Assembly: GCA_963693365.1 (NCBI GenBank)
Contig: CAVNZM010000016.1
Location: 6,245,029-6,309,028, forward strand
DNA: 64,000 bases
Reading direction: 5' to 3'
Source: Amoebidium appalachense
Taxonomy: Eukaryota; Protista; Ichthyosporea
The translations under genes and the position numbers were made by a program. Below the pieces are notes generated by a model. The model did not search any database. It saw only the letters and a program-made list of their open reading frames with translations, and was not told the origin of the DNA. How positions within the stretch are numbered: position 1 is the first letter of the stretch; every line of letters begins with the position of its first letter. Shown here one piece after another: positions 58,638-64,000 of the stretch.

Positions 58638-58742
58638 GGGGGCCCGGGGGGGGGGGGGGGGGGGGGGTGGGGAGGGGAGGGCGGAAGCGAGCTGAGGGGG
58701 GGACACATGGAAAACGTGAGCCCTAGTTACGTATACACGAGA

Positions 58743-58896
<154 letters not shown>

Positions 58897-59578
58897 CTGT
58901 GTGTGTGTGTGTGGGTCTGTGTGTGTGTGTTGGTATAATCTGGGCGTGAGTTCTATGTTGCTACTGCAAAAATGGTGTAATGTTTTCGGGCTTGTGACTT
59001 ACTGTTATGCGGAAAGACTTGGCCTGGTCAGAAGATGGTGACAATGGACATTGCCTAAAATTTCTGCCACAGCCCTCTTGAGTTGTGTTTGTACACTACG
59101 GTAGCCCCTCTCTTTTCAATGTCCACGCAATAAAAAGTGTGTAAACCCCTTCAATATCCACTTGAAGATAACGGAAACTTTTAATCTTGGATGTGGATTA
59201 CATTCTTGTCTTTTAAAACATTTCAAGTATTGTAGTTGGATCCACTGCATAGCTGATCTTTATTCTTTTATAATCCCTATCGTACAATCAGAAGGTAACT
59301 GTCATCAGTTCTGGCGAATTGTACATGCAGGAAGAGACTAGCGGCACATTTTAAACATGTACGATATGCTGGGATCTTGTATTTAAAAAGTTAGCGTACG
59401 CGTATAGCCTACTTTTGGCTGTACATTTATTTGGCTTTTAAATTTGATTCTGAAGTCAAAAGTCCATCTCAGTGCATGCAGGAATCAAGACATTTTGGCG
59501 TGTAGGGACCGGGACAAAACCAGTTGTGCAGCTTGGAGGCCAAAAAAAAATCCTTCCGTAATCTGCACTGCCAAGGGG

Positions 59579-59626
<48 letters not shown>

Positions 59627-59691
59627 AAACAATCTGAGGTTTTGAGTCACAGGGCCGAGGGTCTCCCGAGATGAAACACGCACTCCACAAG

Positions 59692-59728
59692 CACCAATCA
59701 AAAGCTGTTATTCCTTAACATATAAAGC
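59692..59728 (+). promoter_or_regulatory. Putative CCAAT and TATA boxes of the lectin-like gene
   Basis: CCAAT at about 59694 and TATAAA at 59721-59726, ~160 bp before the ATG at 59882. Confidence 0.35.
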
Positions 59729-59881
59729 AGCGCAATAAACGTAGAGCCAGTCACAACTCGCTCAGCTTCTTTGATCCGAGTCCTTTGTTTCTCCTTTCCG
59801 TTTCGTATTTGCTTTGTTTTTTCCTTGTTTTTTGCTCGGCGTGTTCCACGGAATATTCTACCTCATTCAGCGTTTGCCGTA

Positions 59882-60379
59882 ATGGCCAACCTCCTGTATG
59901 TTGGCGCGCTAGCGCTGACTACCGCTGGCGGATGTTCTGGGCTCAGTGTGCGCGCGGGCAAGCTGGCTGCACCCTCCAAGCTCGACTTCGCGCTTGTGAA
60001 TGCCCCTGCTCTTCCCAGCTACAAGTACGTGTGCGTGTGTGCGTGCGTGCGCTCGTGTGTGGTGGTGTTTGTTTTGGTGGTTGGGGGGGGGGGGGAGGTG
60101 GGGGGGGGGGGGGGGGAGGGGGTGAGGGGTAGAAGGGAAAGGGAGAAAAGAAGGTCACGGAGGGGCGGGCTGTGCAGGTGTGGGGAGCCCGGGGGGTAAT
60201 CAAGGGTGGTGTTGGTTTGGTGTCTTCGAAGATGGAGGGAAGGATGAAGGCAAGGCTTTAAAAAGAGGATATTTGTTTTGAAGATAAGGCAGAGATGGCA
60301 TTTGTGTCAAGGAGAGAAAGGGCTCGGGTGTGTGTGTGTGGGGGGGGGGGGGGGGGGGGGGGGAGGGCGTTTTTTTTTT

Positions 60380-60410
<31 letters not shown>

Positions 60411-60661
60411 GGTGGGTGGCTGGTGAGACAAATGAAGTTCTTTGAAACGTTAAAGGCTTTTGACACTTACCGGATCATGTTTGTCATAAAGCCCATAAAT
60501 GACTGTTACACGCCAGCCCACCCGATAAGGAGTGTGTGAAATCTACTGATGTTTATGATGCTACTAGACGGTGTGTGTGGGTGTGAATGGGCTTAAAAGG
60601 AGAAAGGTCTTTGTGTGCGCTATGCCAAATTCGGCTGTCTGTGTTTCTAGTGCCAATACGG

Positions 60662-60718
<57 letters not shown>

Positions 60719-62290
60719 GCGTGTCTGTGCGTCTCTCTCTCGAAGAAGCGTATGTGTACTTGTGTGTCCCGGCTCTTTTGTGTGTATGCATTTTTTGGCG
60801 TAACTGTTCTAGTGATAGTAGAATTATGCGTGCGAGCATCAGCAGCGGTCACGCATTAGCTCAAAATGGGTGGCTTTGAGTCATTGTACTTGAATCGTTC
60901 CCTCCTGATCTTTCCCTCCTTTTCCAGGCGTACAAACGAAGAAATCGTTGCTTCATGGCCTAAGGTTGCCGACGCAGGGAGCTATGAGCTCTGCTATAAC
61001 ATCACGGCAAACAACAAGCCCAACCCTGGTTCTGGAAACAACTTTGTCCAAAAAACGGACATACGCAACCTGTGTGTGACGACCACCGGAACCACATATA
61101 CCGGACCCTTCCTAAAGTCAGACGCTTATGGATGGGCTATGAGCGTTACAAACGCCCGTGTGCGCGCACTTCCGAAAGATTCCACCGGCGAAGCATCGGA
61201 TTTTACTACGGGGAAAGTGGGTGACAAGGCTCCGGAAGGGGTTAAACCCGTGTGTGGTGATAAATCCGCCGTGCCAAATGAGAATGTCAACCCTGTAACC
61301 CCGCCAGTGCTGTTTTCTCAAATGAGCGACGAGAGCATGAACCTGTCTCTGGAGTTTGGGTGGGAAATCACGGATGAATACCTCAAGCAAGCCAAAGAGA
61401 ACGACAAGCTCGCATCGGCGGACAACATGGTGTTTGAGGTGTGTGCAGGCTACATTCAAGAACACGACGCGACGACAAATGTTTCCAGTTCGCTTAGCTG
61501 CTCCATCGTGCCAGCAAAGGACGCGAAAAACACGCTCTCGGATAAGGCAAACGCGTACAAATACACCCAGCAAGTCAAGTTGGATCTCAAGAAATTTCAA
61601 GCGTTTATCATTAGTGTTCGTGCTGTTCCGGTTTGCGTCGAAGCCGCGGAGGCACTTGATTTTGGCTCCGACACACGTGCCGGTCGCATTTACGTGGCTA
61701 ATCAGGCCCCAACGCCTGCTCTCCAGGCCGACAACGGGAACGAACTTCCCTCGAACATTAACATGATTGCATATTTGGCCACATCCTCTCGCACACTCCC
61801 CAGCTCGTGGATGGGGAACACAGCCGAGCGTCTCGTCACGGTCACCACACACGAAATCGACTACGCCAACACTCCTAATCGTGGTTTTCTTGTTCGTGTT
61901 GGGCCACAGGGTGAAATGCGTGTCGGCAACGTGACGTGTTTGGTGCCCGATGGGGTCGTGGCAGAAGGCACTGCTCTCATCACCAGGGAGTGCGACGATT
62001 ACCGCACTCCCAGAGGTGGAAACAGCACCAAGTGGGTGGTGGACATCGCTGCGGAGCAGACGTCGCTTAAGGTTGTCGAGAGGTCGAAGGAGCTCTGTGT
62101 GGGGTTCACGAAGACTCAGTCCAAGTACGATGCACCCTTAACGCTGATGAAGTGCAACCCCAACGACAACGGCCAGAAGTTTTCGTTTAAGGACACAACA
62201 TACCAACCCCCCGCTGCACCTACCGGGACAAGTGCTGCGGCAGCTACGACTATGGCAGATTCGGCTGCTCCTGCTACCCATGCAGCCTAA
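59882..62290 (+). CDS. Secreted protein with FN3-like N-terminal beta domains and a C-terminal ricin-B-like lectin domain; exons 59882-60024 and 60928-62290
   Basis: Signal-like MANLLYVGALALTTAGGCSG; in-phase AA|gt...ag|G junction. FN3-like IVASWPKVADAGSYELCY; ricin-like CLVP...GTALITREC...KW and LCVG...APLTLMKCNPNDNGQKFSF; Ala/Thr-rich tail. Domain calls by eye. Confidence 0.75.
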
Positions 62291-62417
62291 AAACGTTAAC
62301 TGGGTGCTTGGCGCTGATATTTTACAGAACGAATATGTACTTGGTTGTAGTGGTGGTGTGGTGATGGGATTTTGAACACTTTTTGTTGCTACAAACATGT
62401 GTGTACACGGCACACCG

Positions 62418-62456
<39 letters not shown>

Positions 62457-63033
62457 ACACACACGTATGCACACGTATGCACACGCACACACACATGTCT
62501 GGAGGTCACTGTGTTTACGACAAGCCAGATGTAGGGAAATGCTTTTTGTGAGGTTTCGGAGGAAATGAAGGTTTTGGAGGCCTAAAACGGATCTTCAGAG
62601 GATAGGAAATATGTTCATGGTATAGTTTAATGACCAGATAGAATTCTGTGTACTATTTTAATTATTATAATAGTGTTATGCATAAAACGATAGTGCACTT
62701 TGCTAATAGCGAACTCTAAATCTATCACGTACACCTTTATAGTTGCATATTTCAATGTATATTTGATATCAATACATGAGAGCTAAAGTAGTACCATGTC
62801 AACATGTATGAATATAACCCGAAACAGAACAGTGATATCAAAAAAAAAAATTGTCATATGCGCACCATTTCGAAAAAATAGAAAGGACCACCGGTCACGA
62901 ATATAAGCCACCCCCCATCCCTCCGAATGCATACATGTCTCTCTCTCTAACTCTCTCAGCTCCCTGCCATCCTCCTATTCTCCCCGTCTTTTTATGCTGC
63001 GAGAAATAACGGTCGTTCTATTGTTTTACCGGT

Positions 63034-63112
<79 letters not shown>

Positions 63113-63123
63113 ACAAACCTGCG

Positions 63124-63155
<32 letters not shown>

Positions 63156-63312
63156 TTATCGATGACAACCACGCACACGATCATCAATGAACCTCTTGTC
63201 TGGGCCACGGTGATCATTGGCCATATTCCACTACTATTGTGCAGTCCGCATCACCCACCCACCCACGTGCGCGTGGCCACCCACCCACCCACATACATAC
63301 ACACACGTGTAC

Positions 63313-63393
<81 letters not shown>

Positions 63394-63464
63394 ACACGTG
63401 CACACACACAATGTGACACAACACACACACACACACACAGAGACACACACACACACACGTGCAT

Positions 63465-63498
<34 letters not shown>

Positions 63499-63657
63499 GT
63501 CACGGTGCACGCGTGCACACACACACACACACATACGCCCATCCCTCCCAACCACACACCCACGCACACGCACACACGCACGTGGCACCACACAAACACA
63601 CACACACAGACGCAAACACTTTGAAACATCAAGTTATGTACAGACACACACACACGT

Positions 63658-63720
<63 letters not shown>

Positions 63721-63922
63721 ACACACAGAAACACACACACACCCTGGCACACACACACACACACACGTACACACACACACGCACACACGCACACACACAC
63801 ACACACACACACATGTACACACACACGCACACACACATGTACATACACACACACGCACACACACGCACACACACACACACATGTACACACACACGCACAC
63901 ACACACACACACTCACTCACAT

Positions 63923-64000
<78 letters not shown>

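Overview
This is eukaryotic genomic DNA, probably from a unicellular opisthokont or other protist (inference). It is intron-rich, and the introns are packed with G/C homopolymers and (CA)/(GT)/(GA) microsatellites. Almost all short ORFs in the track are artefacts of these repeats. Four host genes were reconstructed by hand with consistent exon phases: a 6-exon DUF1992/DNAJC28-like gene (+), a 15-16-exon MTHFR (-), an 8-exon Thg1 (+) and a 2-exon secreted ricin-B-lectin-like protein (+). There are also three tandem coiled-coil/MATH-like paralogs (-), one of them a pseudogene. Mobile DNA includes a Penelope-like retroelement with an N-terminal GIY-YIG endonuclease plus truncated copies of its putative 3' end, a tRNA-derived SINE and several MITEs. 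A three-layer nest lies between the divergent MTHFR and Thg1 genes. Its core is the best candidate for an undescribed system: a TTAA-flanked ISL2EU/Harbinger-type THAP-DDE transposon whose partner gene is an Exo1/XPG-family nuclease (apparently CTG-initiated) rather than the usual YqaJ exonuclease or Myb/SANT protein. Other notable signals are three C/D-box snoRNA copies in consecutive MTHFR introns with a guide for the 5' end of LSU rRNA, two sense-strand pre-miRNA-like intronic hairpins, and many splice acceptors made of (CA)n-CAG with no polypyrimidine tract.
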